From Desulfobacterales bacterium (GTDB lineage Bacteria; Desulfobacterota; Desulfobacteria; Desulfobacterales; SpSt-501), in the NCBI GenBank assembly GCA_046496215.1, contig JAWOHH010000087.1, positions 1,665 through 65,664 of the forward strand: DNA of 64,000 bases, written 5' to 3'. Below are positions 27,566 to 35,997 of this stretch, in pieces. Position 1 is the stretch's first letter, and each line of letters begins with the position of its first letter. The notes beneath the pieces are model-generated. The model made no database searches. It was not told where the DNA came from and saw only the letters and a list, made by a program, of their open reading frames with translations. Made by a program: the position numbers and the translations under genes.

Positions 27566-28546
27566 TTATCGCCCGGCCATGAACCCCAACAGCACCAGCA
27601 CCAGCAACACCGGCGGGTAATAGCTGGCCCGAATGAAGAGAGCCATCGCCGCAGCCCGGTCCTTTTTTTCGGACAGCCTCACACCGGGCCACGCGAGCAG
27701 CCAAACCCCGGCGGCCACGGCCGGCATCGCCAGAATGTTGGCATGCGTCATCGGGCTCAACTGGAAAACGACCACGATGAGCACCAGGGCCAGGGCCAGC
27801 GCCGATACGGCCAGGGACACGGCCCGCTCGACCCCGCAATGAACCGGGATGGTCCGGGCCTGCATGCGACGGTCCTCTTCGATGTCGGTCAGGTCGTTGG
27901 GGATATTCTGCCCGCCCACTTCCCAGAAGAAAAGCGCGAAAAACAGGGCAGCCATAAAACCGGGCGAGGGACTCGGGTCGACGGCAAACACGGCGGCCAT
28001 GGACCCGGAAGTCTTGACGGCCCCGCTCACAAGGGCCCGGTAGGGGCTCACGCGCCAGAGCCGGCAATAGAGAACCTCCAGCGCGCACCCCCCCAGAAAA
28101 ATGGCCGCACACACCGGGTTGAGCACGAAGGCGCCGGCAAGGGCCACGGCCGACCAGAAACCGACCCAGGCCACCCCCTCCCCAAAGCCGAGAAGCCCCT
28201 GGGCCATGGGGTGCCGGACGATCACCCCGTCGATGTCCCCACCGGCGGCCGCCAGGTCCCCGGCCGCCGCCTTTTCGCGATCGGCCCGGTAGTCCACCGT
28301 GTCGTTCAGCGCGTAGACGGCCGTGTAGCCTGCAAACGTGGTGATCAGGCCGATCACCACCACCGGCATTGCCGGAAATTCTCCCAGCCAGAGCAGGGCG
28401 GCAAATACCGGGGTGCACATGTCCAGCAGGCCGTGGGGGGTCCTGGACAAGGCCCAGAAAAGCTTCAGCCTGGAAAACCCGCTGAACGATTGATGACGCA
28501 CCGGGTCCACCGCTTCATCGTTTCCGATCAGATGCCGGCTTCGCAA
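27566..28546 (-). CDS. UbiA-family aromatic prenyltransferase
   Basis: Polytopic, with two Asp-rich motifs 'NDTVDYRADREK' and 'DIEEDRRMQARTIPV'. Start codon uncertain. Confidence 0.75.
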   Translation of the reverse strand: MRSRHLIGNDEAVDPVRHQSFSGFSRLKLFWALSRTPHGLLDMCTPVFAALLWLGEFPAMPVVVIGLITTFAGYTAVYALNDTVDYRADREKAAAGDLAAAGGDIDGVIVRHPMAQGLLGFGEGVAWVGFWSAVALAGAFVLNPVCAAIFLGGCALEVLYCRLWRVSPYRALVSGAVKTSGSMAAVFAVDPSPSPGFMAALFFALFFWEVGGQNIPNDLTDIEEDRRMQARTIPVHCGVERAVSLAVSALALALVLIVVVFQLSPMTHANILAMPAVAAGVWLLAWPGVRLSEKKDRAAAMALFIRASYYPPVLLVLVLLGFMAGR

Positions 28547-28677
28547 AATGGTGTCTGTCTAACACGTCCGGCGAAAGTGCGTCAACCTCGACTTCGAACA
28601 GAAAAATTGCACTTCTCTGGACGGTCGCAATCTGATAGGGGACTCTTCTGCGAACCGCGGCAAGGAGGCCACAGGCG

Positions 28678-29352
28678 TTGGACGGGGTCGATATCTGGGG
28701 GATGTTCCTGCTGGGGCTGCTCGGCACCGGCCATTGCATCGGGATGTGCGGTCCGCTCATTTTCGCCTTCCCGGGCAGAACCGGCAGATTGCTGCCGCAC
28801 CTGGCATACCACCTCGGCCGAATCGCCACCTACACCGGTGTCGGGGCCGCTCTGGGGGGAATCGGCCAGATGATGGCGGGCTCCGGCGGCGACCCCGGCG
28901 GGGTCGTGGCGGTCAAGGTCGTCCTGTGGTTGGTGGCCGCTTCCCTTCTGCTGGTGCTGGGAGTGGCGCGGCTCGGGATTTTCCCTGAGCCGCGCTGGTT
29001 GAGCCTGGTCGCCCCGGACCGCATTCCCGGGTTCAAAGTCGCCCTCGAGGGCGCGACATCCGGAAGGGGGTTAGCTCCCTTTCTAGTATTGGGGCTGATC
29101 CTGGGTTTTCTGCCGTGCGGGCTCTCCTACGGCGCCTTTGCAAACGCCCTGGGGACCGCCAGCGTTCTCAAGGGCACGGCATCCACCCTGGCATTTGCGG
29201 TTGGGACCGCTCCCGGCCTCATCCTGCTGGGGACCGGGGCCTCAGCGTTGTTCAACCGCTTTCGCCGGCAGTCGGACATCCTCGCCGGCGTCCTGATGAT
29301 CCTCATGGCCGTTAAAATGGCCCACAAGGCCATTTCAATGCTCGGCGCGTAA
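28678..29352 (+). CDS. DsbD_2/UreH-like membrane protein with HCxxMCGP motif
   Basis: TTG start 9 nt after AAGGAGG. 'LLGLLGTGHCIGMCGPL' motif and ~6 TM helices, as in the DsbD_2 (PF13386-like) family. Confidence 0.55.
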   Translation: MDGVDIWGMFLLGLLGTGHCIGMCGPLIFAFPGRTGRLLPHLAYHLGRIATYTGVGAALGGIGQMMAGSGGDPGGVVAVKVVLWLVAASLLLVLGVARLGIFPEPRWLSLVAPDRIPGFKVALEGATSGRGLAPFLVLGLILGFLPCGLSYGAFANALGTASVLKGTASTLAFAVGTAPGLILLGTGASALFNRFRRQSDILAGVLMILMAVKMAHKAISMLGA

Positions 29353-29389
29353 CCCCCGTAAGCCACACGCCCCACTTCCGACCGAGGGC

Positions 29390-29605
29390 TCACTTCTTCA
29401 AGCGGCACTCTTGGTCCCACTCCGGGCAGGCCTCCTTGGCCGGCACGGAAAACTTCGCCATGCATTCCCCGCACTCCATGTCGAAGTTGGGCACGTGGCC
29501 GTAACGCACCTTGAGTTCCTCCTCGCTCAAGACGGTCGCCCCGCTGCAGCCGCACTGGGGGCAGGAGCTCTTGACGGTGTAGCGCTTCTTTTTTTGGGTC
29601 ATCAC
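29390..29605 (-). CDS. Small cysteine-rich (zinc-ribbon-like) protein, unknown function
   Basis: 71 aa, 8 Cys including CPQCGC and CGEC pairs. GC3-rich coding-like frame. No family recognised. Confidence 0.45.
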   Translation of the reverse strand: MMTQKKKRYTVKSSCPQCGCSGATVLSEEELKVRYGHVPNFDMECGECMAKFSVPAKEACPEWDQECRLKK

Positions 29606-29643
29606 GACTCTCCTTTCCTCTGAATCGTTACTTCGGTGCCCTG

Positions 29644-31020
29644 TCAGAACCTCAAGGCCGCATCGATTTCCTCCGGCGAGAGCACCCCCTCTTCCATCAG
29701 CACCTCACGCACGGTCTTGCCTGAATCGTAGGCCCTCTTGGCCACCGCAGCCGCGCGGTCGTAGCCGATGCGCGGTACGAGACCGGTCACCAACGCCAGG
29801 CTTTTTTCGACCGCCGCCGCGCAGACCTCCCGATCGGCTGTGATGCCGCTGACGCACTTCTGCGCGAACGTCAGCGCCGCCGCCGAAAGCAGTTCGATGG
29901 ACTGCAGCAGGTTGTAGGCGATCAACGGGAGCATGGCGTTGAGCTCGAAGTTTCCGCCCATCCCGCTCAAGGCGATCGTGGCGTCGTTGCCCAGCACCTG
30001 GGCGGCGGCCTGGATCACGGCCTCGGGGATGACCGGGTTGACCTTGCCGGGCATGATCGAGGAGCCGGGCTGAAGGGCGGGGATCACGACCTCCCCTAAA
30101 CCGCAGCGGGGGCCCGATCCGAGCCAGCGGATGTCGTTGGCGATCTTAGTGAGGCTGACCGCCACGGCCCGCAGCGCCCCGCTCGTCTCCACGGCCGCAT
30201 CCCGCGCCCCTTGGGCTTCGAAATGGTTTTCCGCCTCGCGGAAGCCGATCCCGGTCTCCTGCGCGATGAGCGCGATGGTCTCGGCGGCAAACCGCGGGTG
30301 CGCGTTGACCCCGGTTCCGACTGCGGTCCCCCCCAATGCCAGCTCCGCCAGGCGCACCGCGGCACTTTGCACCCGCTCGACGCCAAGCTCCACCTGGCGG
30401 GCATAACCCGAGAACTCCTGCCCCAGGCTCATGGGCACGGCGTCCTGCAGATGGGTGCGGCCGATCTTGCGCACGCCGCCAAATTCTAGGGCCTTGGCCG
30501 CGAGCGCGGCGTGCAATCGTTGCAGGGCCGGGATGAGATTTTGCCGAAGGGACACCGCGGCGGAAATGTGGATTGCCGAGGGAATGGCATCGTTGCTCGA
30601 CTGGCAGAGGTTGACGTGGTCGTTGGGATGAACCGGATGGCGGCCGCCCTTGCGGCCGGTCAGGATTTCATTGGCCCGGGAGGCGATGACCTCGTTGAGG
30701 TTCATGTTCGTGGAGGTCCCGGATCCGGTCTGAAACACGCCCACGATGAACTGGTCGTCCAACTTTCCCCGCATGACCTCGTCGGCGGCCGCGGCAATGG
30801 CCTCCGCCAGGTGAGCCTCCAGCAGGCCCAAACGCCGGTTCACCGACGCGGCCGAACGCTTCACCAGAGCCAGGGCCCGGATGAAATCCGACGGCGGCTT
30901 TATTTCAGGGCAGAGGGTGTTGTCCGCGGCGCGCCGGGTCTGGGCTCCGTAATAGGCCGATTCCGGCACCCGCACGACCCCCATGGGGTCTTTCTCTTCG
31001 CGAGTCGAGGCCGCGCTCAT
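29644..31020 (-). CDS. fumC: Class II fumarate hydratase
   Basis: 'FQTGSGTSTNMNLNEVIA' and 'GSSIMPGKVNP' signatures. ATG 31020 chosen because the longer ORF-track N-terminus would overlap the neighbouring gene. Confidence 0.85.
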   Translation of the reverse strand: MSAASTREEKDPMGVVRVPESAYYGAQTRRAADNTLCPEIKPPSDFIRALALVKRSAASVNRRLGLLEAHLAEAIAAAADEVMRGKLDDQFIVGVFQTGSGTSTNMNLNEVIASRANEILTGRKGGRHPVHPNDHVNLCQSSNDAIPSAIHISAAVSLRQNLIPALQRLHAALAAKALEFGGVRKIGRTHLQDAVPMSLGQEFSGYARQVELGVERVQSAAVRLAELALGGTAVGTGVNAHPRFAAETIALIAQETGIGFREAENHFEAQGARDAAVETSGALRAVAVSLTKIANDIRWLGSGPRCGLGEVVIPALQPGSSIMPGKVNPVIPEAVIQAAAQVLGNDATIALSGMGGNFELNAMLPLIAYNLLQSIELLSAAALTFAQKCVSGITADREVCAAAVEKSLALVTGLVPRIGYDRAAAVAKRAYDSGKTVREVLMEEGVLSPEEIDAALRF

Positions 31021-31055
31021 GGCGTGTCGGGTCCTGGAGCCGTTGGATATGGGGG

Positions 31056-31313
31056 TCAGGCTTGCTTCATGCGTTCGATGTTGGCCCTGAGCTGGGCGAT
31101 TTCGATCCCCAGCCCGACGCATTTCTGGCCGAGCATGCACTTCTCGGCATCCCCGTCCTCGAGAAAAGTCTTGAGGCGGGTGGCGCCTTTCTTGAGATTG
31201 ACCACCCAGGATTTCTGTTGGCTGTCGAAATCGACTTCCACGTCGATCCCGCACTCGCCGATGTCGGGGTAGATCTGTCTGATTTTGTCACAAAGCGATT
31301 TTTTGTCGATCAT
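31056..31313 (-). CDS. Small hypothetical protein (85 aa)
   Basis: ATG 31313 preceded by GGAGG at -8. 'MIDKKSLCDKIRQIYPDIGECGIDVEVDFD..' has no family I can name. Confidence 0.45.
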   Translation of the reverse strand: MIDKKSLCDKIRQIYPDIGECGIDVEVDFDSQQKSWVVNLKKGATRLKTFLEDGDAEKCMLGQKCVGLGIEIAQLRANIERMKQA

Positions 31314-31416
31314 CGAACCGCCTCCATTCTGCGGCACAGCGCCGCCATGGGGTGTGATTAATTAATTTAAATGAACATAATGCCGAACGCTTGAAAAGCA
31401 AAGTCGGATCCGGTGA

Positions 31417-34400
31417 TCACCGCCTCGGTTCGGGGGCCCCGCCGGCCTCCCCCCCGGCCGGCGCGGGCCGCAGCTGCTCGCGCTGAATGAAGAACAGGAG
31501 CAGAGAGGGGATCAGGAAAATGGTGAACACCGTTGACACGGTGAGTCCTCCCAGCACGACGCTGCCCACCCCGCGGTAGAACTCCGACCCCGGGCCGGGC
31601 ACCAGCACGAGCGGCAGCATCGCGAACAGGCTGGTGGTCGTGCTCATGTAGATCGGCCTCAGCCGGGTGCGGGTGGATTCAAGCACGGCCTCGCGGTGCC
31701 CCATGCCGTATACGCGGATGTTGTTCAGCGTCTGGTGGACAATCAGGATCGGGTTGTTCACCACAACCCCCACCAGGATCACGAACCCGAGCATGGTCAG
31801 GATGTCCAGGGGTTGCGCGGTGATGGCCAGGTTGACGAGCTTCAGGCCCACGAGCCCGCCCACGGCCGCCAGCGGCACGGAGAACATGATGATCAGGGGG
31901 TAGAGGAAGTTCTCGAACAGGGCCGCCATAAGCAGGTAACAGATCAGGGCGGCGAGAATGAAGTCCCATTGCAGGGTTTGGCGCGCTTCGGTCAGTTTGT
32001 CGGCCACCCCGCTGAAGCCGATCTGGGTCCCCTGGAGCAGCCCCTTGGCCGCCAGGCCGGCCACCACCTTTTCCTGGATGATCTCCATAGCCTCCTGGAG
32101 CGGCACCGTGAAGGGCGGGGTCACCTGCAGGGTGATCGTTCGCTGGCGTTCGAGATGGCGGACCTGGGTGATTCCGTTGGTCCGCTTTAGGCCCGCCAGG
32201 GACGATAGCGGTACCACACGCCCCCCCGGCACGGCCACCGGTGCGCTGTAAAGCGCCTCCGGCGTGTCGATGACGGTTTCCGACCCCATCAGCCTCAGGT
32301 CGATTTTCTTCTGCCCTTCCTGCTTGTAGTCGCCGATGTCTCTGCCGTCCATGAGCACATCCACGATCAGGCCGAAATCCCGTGCGCTCATCCCAAGCGC
32401 CCGCAGCCGGTCGCGGTCGGGGATCAGCCGAACCTCCGGGAAAAGCAGCTCCAGCGAAGGGACCGGCCGGATCTGCGAACCCGGGACGGCCCCCATGATT
32501 TCCCCGAAAAGCATCCCGGCCGTCTGCACCAAGCGGTTCAGGTCCTCGCCGCTCACGTCCACCTCGATCGTGCGGCCGCGGCCGAGGCTGGTCTGAAAGA
32601 CCCCCGCCTGCAGGCTCACCCCCAACATGCCGGGGATCGAGCGGATGGCGCGCTGAAACAAGGGGATGAGTTCCCCGGCGCGCTGCTCGTGGGTGCTGAT
32701 GGCGCCGAAGAGCATGAAGCCTTCCGCGCCGATGTAAAACATGGTCTCAATGCCGGGCAGCCCGTCTTTTTCGACGCCGACGTGGGGCTCGATTTCCCGG
32801 TAGATGCGCTCGCCGATGGTCGTGCGTTCGTCAAAGGAGAGCCCGGGCGGGGGGATGAGCAGGTTGAGCACGAGGTTGCGGTTGCCCTGCGGCAGGTACT
32901 CCATTTTGGGGAACAACAGGATCGCAAAGCTCACCGCCGCGGTTGTGAAGAGCAGCACCGTAGCCAGGCGGGAGGCCGTGCTCCGCGTCGCCGCTCTCAC
33001 GCCGGCCATGATGACGGCCGCCGCAGCCGAGCCAACGGTTCCGATCGACCGGCGGATGCGCTCCGAAAGCGCGTCCTCGCGGATGAGCCGAAAGAGCTGC
33101 CGGGAAAGCATCGGGATGACCAGCACCGACACGACCAGGCTCAAGCCGATGGCAAACGTGATGGCGATGGCGATGTCCCGGAAAAGCTGCCCGGCCTCCT
33201 CGCGCATAAAAATCACCGGCAGGAACACCGACACCGTCGTCAGCGTCGAGGTCAGCACCGCGCCCCACACCTCCCGCGCCCCCTCGTAGGCGGCCAGGAA
33301 CGGGCGTTTGCCCATGCTGCGGTGCCGGTCGATGTTCTCGAGCACCACGATGGCGTTGTCGACGAGCATCCCCGCGGCGAAGGCGATGCCGGCCAGGCTC
33401 ACCACGTTCAGGTTGCGGCCAAGCAGGTCCATGAAGGCGAACGTCCCGATCCCGCTGATCGGGATGGCTGCTGCGACCACGAGCGTGGAGGAGAAACGTC
33501 GCAAAAAAAGCATTAGCACGACCACCGCCAGAACCGAGCCGAGGCCGATGTTGCCCCAGGCCAGGTCGATGGCCCCGCGAATGTAAGGCCGCTGGTCGTA
33601 GGTCCAGTCGATGTAGATCTTTTCGGGCTTGAGCTTCTCCTCGTTCAGCCATTCAACGACTGTCTCCAGCCGATCGGTAAGGTCCAGGATGTTGGCGTCC
33701 GGCTCGGGCTTGACACCGATCGCAATGCCCTCCCGGCCCATGTGCAACGTCGCCGCTTCCCGTTTCTGGTAGCCGTCCCGCACCTGGGCCATCTCGCTCA
33801 GGCGCACACGGCGCTGGCCGTTGGAGAGGACGATCAGCTCTTCGATCTCCTCCTTGGAGCGGAATTCGGCCGTGGTGCGGATGCGGTAGTCGCGTCGCCC
33901 AACGCCCAGGGTGCCGGCGGAGATGTCCACGTTCTCGGAGCGAAGAATCTCGATCAACCGCGGGATCGTCAGCCCGTAAGACGCCAGACGCTCGGCGGAA
34001 ACCTCGATCTGAAGCTCCTTCTCGGTACCGCCCCCGATGAAGAGCTCCGCCACCCCCGGGGTTCGTTCCAGGTACTGGCGGATGTAATTCTCGAAGAAGG
34101 TCCGGTAGGTGTAGGCGGAAGCCGGGTTCCCCTCGGTGGTTTTCAACACCATCCAGACCACCGGGGATGTGGCCGCGCCGGTGGCGGTAATTATCGGCTT
34201 GTCCACGTTTTCCGGATAGGAGGGCACCTCGTCGAGTTTGTTGGAAACCCGCAGCAGGGCGGAGTTCAGGTCCGTGCCGATGGCGAACTTGAGGGTCACC
34301 GTGCCCTGGCTGTTGGAGGAGGTGCTCTCCATCTCGAGCAGCCCGGGGATGCCCTTAAGCACCTTCTCCTGCTCTTCGATGATGTCGCGCTCGACCTCGT

Positions 34401-34569
34401 AGGGCGTGGCGCCCGGCCAGATGGTGGTCACCGAGATTTCAGGCTCGACGACCGTCGGGCTGAGCTGGTAGGGCATGCGCTGCAGGCCGATCCAGCCGAA
34501 CAGCAGGATGAAGGTCACCCCTACTAAAACGGTGACGCGCTTTTCGATGCACAGCTGAATCAGATTCAT
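31417..34569 (-). CDS. RND efflux transporter permease (AcrB/HAE-like)
   Basis: 1050 aa, 12-TM with two large periplasmic loops, typical ACR_tran sequence. Start overlaps the adaptor-gene stop. Confidence 0.9.
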   Translation of the reverse strand: MNLIQLCIEKRVTVLVGVTFILLFGWIGLQRMPYQLSPTVVEPEISVTTIWPGATPYEVERDIIEEQEKVLKGIPGLLEMESTSSNSQGTVTLKFAIGTDLNSALLRVSNKLDEVPSYPENVDKPIITATGAATSPVVWMVLKTTEGNPASAYTYRTFFENYIRQYLERTPGVAELFIGGGTEKELQIEVSAERLASYGLTIPRLIEILRSENVDISAGTLGVGRRDYRIRTTAEFRSKEEIEELIVLSNGQRRVRLSEMAQVRDGYQKREAATLHMGREGIAIGVKPEPDANILDLTDRLETVVEWLNEEKLKPEKIYIDWTYDQRPYIRGAIDLAWGNIGLGSVLAVVVLMLFLRRFSSTLVVAAAIPISGIGTFAFMDLLGRNLNVVSLAGIAFAAGMLVDNAIVVLENIDRHRSMGKRPFLAAYEGAREVWGAVLTSTLTTVSVFLPVIFMREEAGQLFRDIAIAITFAIGLSLVVSVLVIPMLSRQLFRLIREDALSERIRRSIGTVGSAAAAVIMAGVRAATRSTASRLATVLLFTTAAVSFAILLFPKMEYLPQGNRNLVLNLLIPPPGLSFDERTTIGERIYREIEPHVGVEKDGLPGIETMFYIGAEGFMLFGAISTHEQRAGELIPLFQRAIRSIPGMLGVSLQAGVFQTSLGRGRTIEVDVSGEDLNRLVQTAGMLFGEIMGAVPGSQIRPVPSLELLFPEVRLIPDRDRLRALGMSARDFGLIVDVLMDGRDIGDYKQEGQKKIDLRLMGSETVIDTPEALYSAPVAVPGGRVVPLSSLAGLKRTNGITQVRHLERQRTITLQVTPPFTVPLQEAMEIIQEKVVAGLAAKGLLQGTQIGFSGVADKLTEARQTLQWDFILAALICYLLMAALFENFLYPLIIMFSVPLAAVGGLVGLKLVNLAITAQPLDILTMLGFVILVGVVVNNPILIVHQTLNNIRVYGMGHREAVLESTRTRLRPIYMSTTTSLFAMLPLVLVPGPGSEFYRGVGSVVLGGLTVSTVFTIFLIPSLLLFFIQREQLRPAPAGGEAGGAPEPRR

Positions 34570-35660
34570 CGGCTGAGTGCCACCTCCTGCCCGTCCCGCA
34601 ACCGTTCGTTGCCCTTGACCACGACCTGCATGCCCTCGGCCAGGCCGTCCCCGGCCACGCCCGCCGTCAGCCCATCGAAACCCACCACGGAGACCGGGAC
34701 CATTTGCACCTTGGCGTCCTTCACCACGAACACCACCGTCCGGCCCATGCTGGAGATCAGCGCGTCCCGCGGCACGAGAAGCGCCGGGCGGGCGGCGGCG
34801 GTCGGAAGCGTCACCGTGGCGGACTGGCCTTCGAGCAGCCCCTTGCGGTTGGCGGTCCGGACCTTGACGGGAAAAGTGCGAGTCGCCTCGTTCACGCGCG
34901 GGACAACAGCAAAAACCGTGCCGTCAAAATAGGCCTCGCCGGCCGAGACCCGGGCCGGCAGGCCGGGCCGCATCAGCCCGATGGCGGTCTCGGGGACCTC
35001 GACCACGATATCCACCACGTCGTCGCGCGCCAGGACCGCCAGGGCCTTGCCCTTGGCCAGCCACTCCCCGCGGTTGACGCTGCGGCGGATCACAACGCCG
35101 TCGTAGGGGGCTCGAATCACCGTCTTTCGAGTTTCAATCTCCAAGCGCTCCACCTCCGCCTTGAGGGAATCGGCCCGCCGCTCCAGCGCCCTCGCCTTGA
35201 AGCGGCTGTCGTCGTAGTTTCCCTCGGCGATCGAGCCTTTCCGGAACAGCGCCTCTCTGCGGGCGAGATCGAGCCGCGCCACCTCCAGTTCGGCCAAAAC
35301 CTGCTGGTGGGTGGATCGGGTGGCCTCGAGCCGCTTGGTCAACAGATCGGTGTTCAACTCCACCAGCGCCTGGCCGGCCTTCACCCGCTGACCGTCCTCG
35401 ATCTTCACGGCATCCACGATCCCCTCGATTTCGGAGGCGACATCGGAAACCTCGGCGAAGTAAACGGTACCGACGAAATCGGTCTGCGGCGCGATCTCCC
35501 CGGATGTAACCGCGGCCACGTTCACCATCGGTGGGGCGGAAAACGGACCGCTCTGCGCGGCGGCCTGGACCGCCGCTAAAAAAATCGCCCCGAAGAGAAC
35601 CGCCGCCATGGCGGCCCGCAACGACCACCCGGAATCAAGTTTGCGTGGACATCGCTTCAT
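34566..35660 (-). CDS. RND efflux periplasmic adaptor (membrane fusion protein)
   Basis: Signal/anchor, coiled-coil hairpin and beta-barrel segments typical of the HlyD_D23 family. GGGAGG RBS. Confidence 0.85.
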   Translation of the reverse strand: MKRCPRKLDSGWSLRAAMAAVLFGAIFLAAVQAAAQSGPFSAPPMVNVAAVTSGEIAPQTDFVGTVYFAEVSDVASEIEGIVDAVKIEDGQRVKAGQALVELNTDLLTKRLEATRSTHQQVLAELEVARLDLARREALFRKGSIAEGNYDDSRFKARALERRADSLKAEVERLEIETRKTVIRAPYDGVVIRRSVNRGEWLAKGKALAVLARDDVVDIVVEVPETAIGLMRPGLPARVSAGEAYFDGTVFAVVPRVNEATRTFPVKVRTANRKGLLEGQSATVTLPTAAARPALLVPRDALISSMGRTVVFVVKDAKVQMVPVSVVGFDGLTAGVAGDGLAEGMQVVVKGNERLRDGQEVALSR

Positions 35661-35828
35661 GGTGCCTCCCGCTGCATCAGCGTCTGCTCTTCACCCGAGA
35701 GGAGAGCGAAAACCCGACAAGCGCCTTGGTTTAACCCGAAAGTGGTAATAATCACGTCGCGCAGCGCAAATGTCAATATACGGGAAATTCTGTTGCTCCG
35801 GCAAACACCTGTGGAACCGGGCATGGCC

Positions 35829-35848
35829 GCCACGAACCGGTTCGTGGC
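35829..35848. promoter_or_regulatory. Perfect 20-bp palindrome GCCACGAACCGGTTCGTGGC (candidate operator or hairpin)
   Basis: Read directly. Lies between the HD-GYP gene end and the RND operon start, ~55 bp upstream of a TTGACA-N18-ATTATT promoter-like match (minus strand, 35776-35747). Confidence 0.4.
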
Positions 35849-35997
35849 TGAATTCATGGCGGAGAGGGGGTTGCGCAGATCTAAAACGCCGGCTCGGGCC
35901 AAAAGACGCCGTTCCCGGATGGACGATGGCCCGGGTGGCTCGCGCGTTGATGCGGCTGCAGCCGCAAGGCGGCAGGCCGTGAACATGAAACGTTCGG

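Noticed and set aside
31021-31254. 78-codon N-terminal extension of the fumC ORF in the ORF track (start at 31254).
   Set aside because: The extension is Arg-rich junk and would overlap the separately supported small gene 31056-31313. Homology to FumC begins right after Met at 31020.
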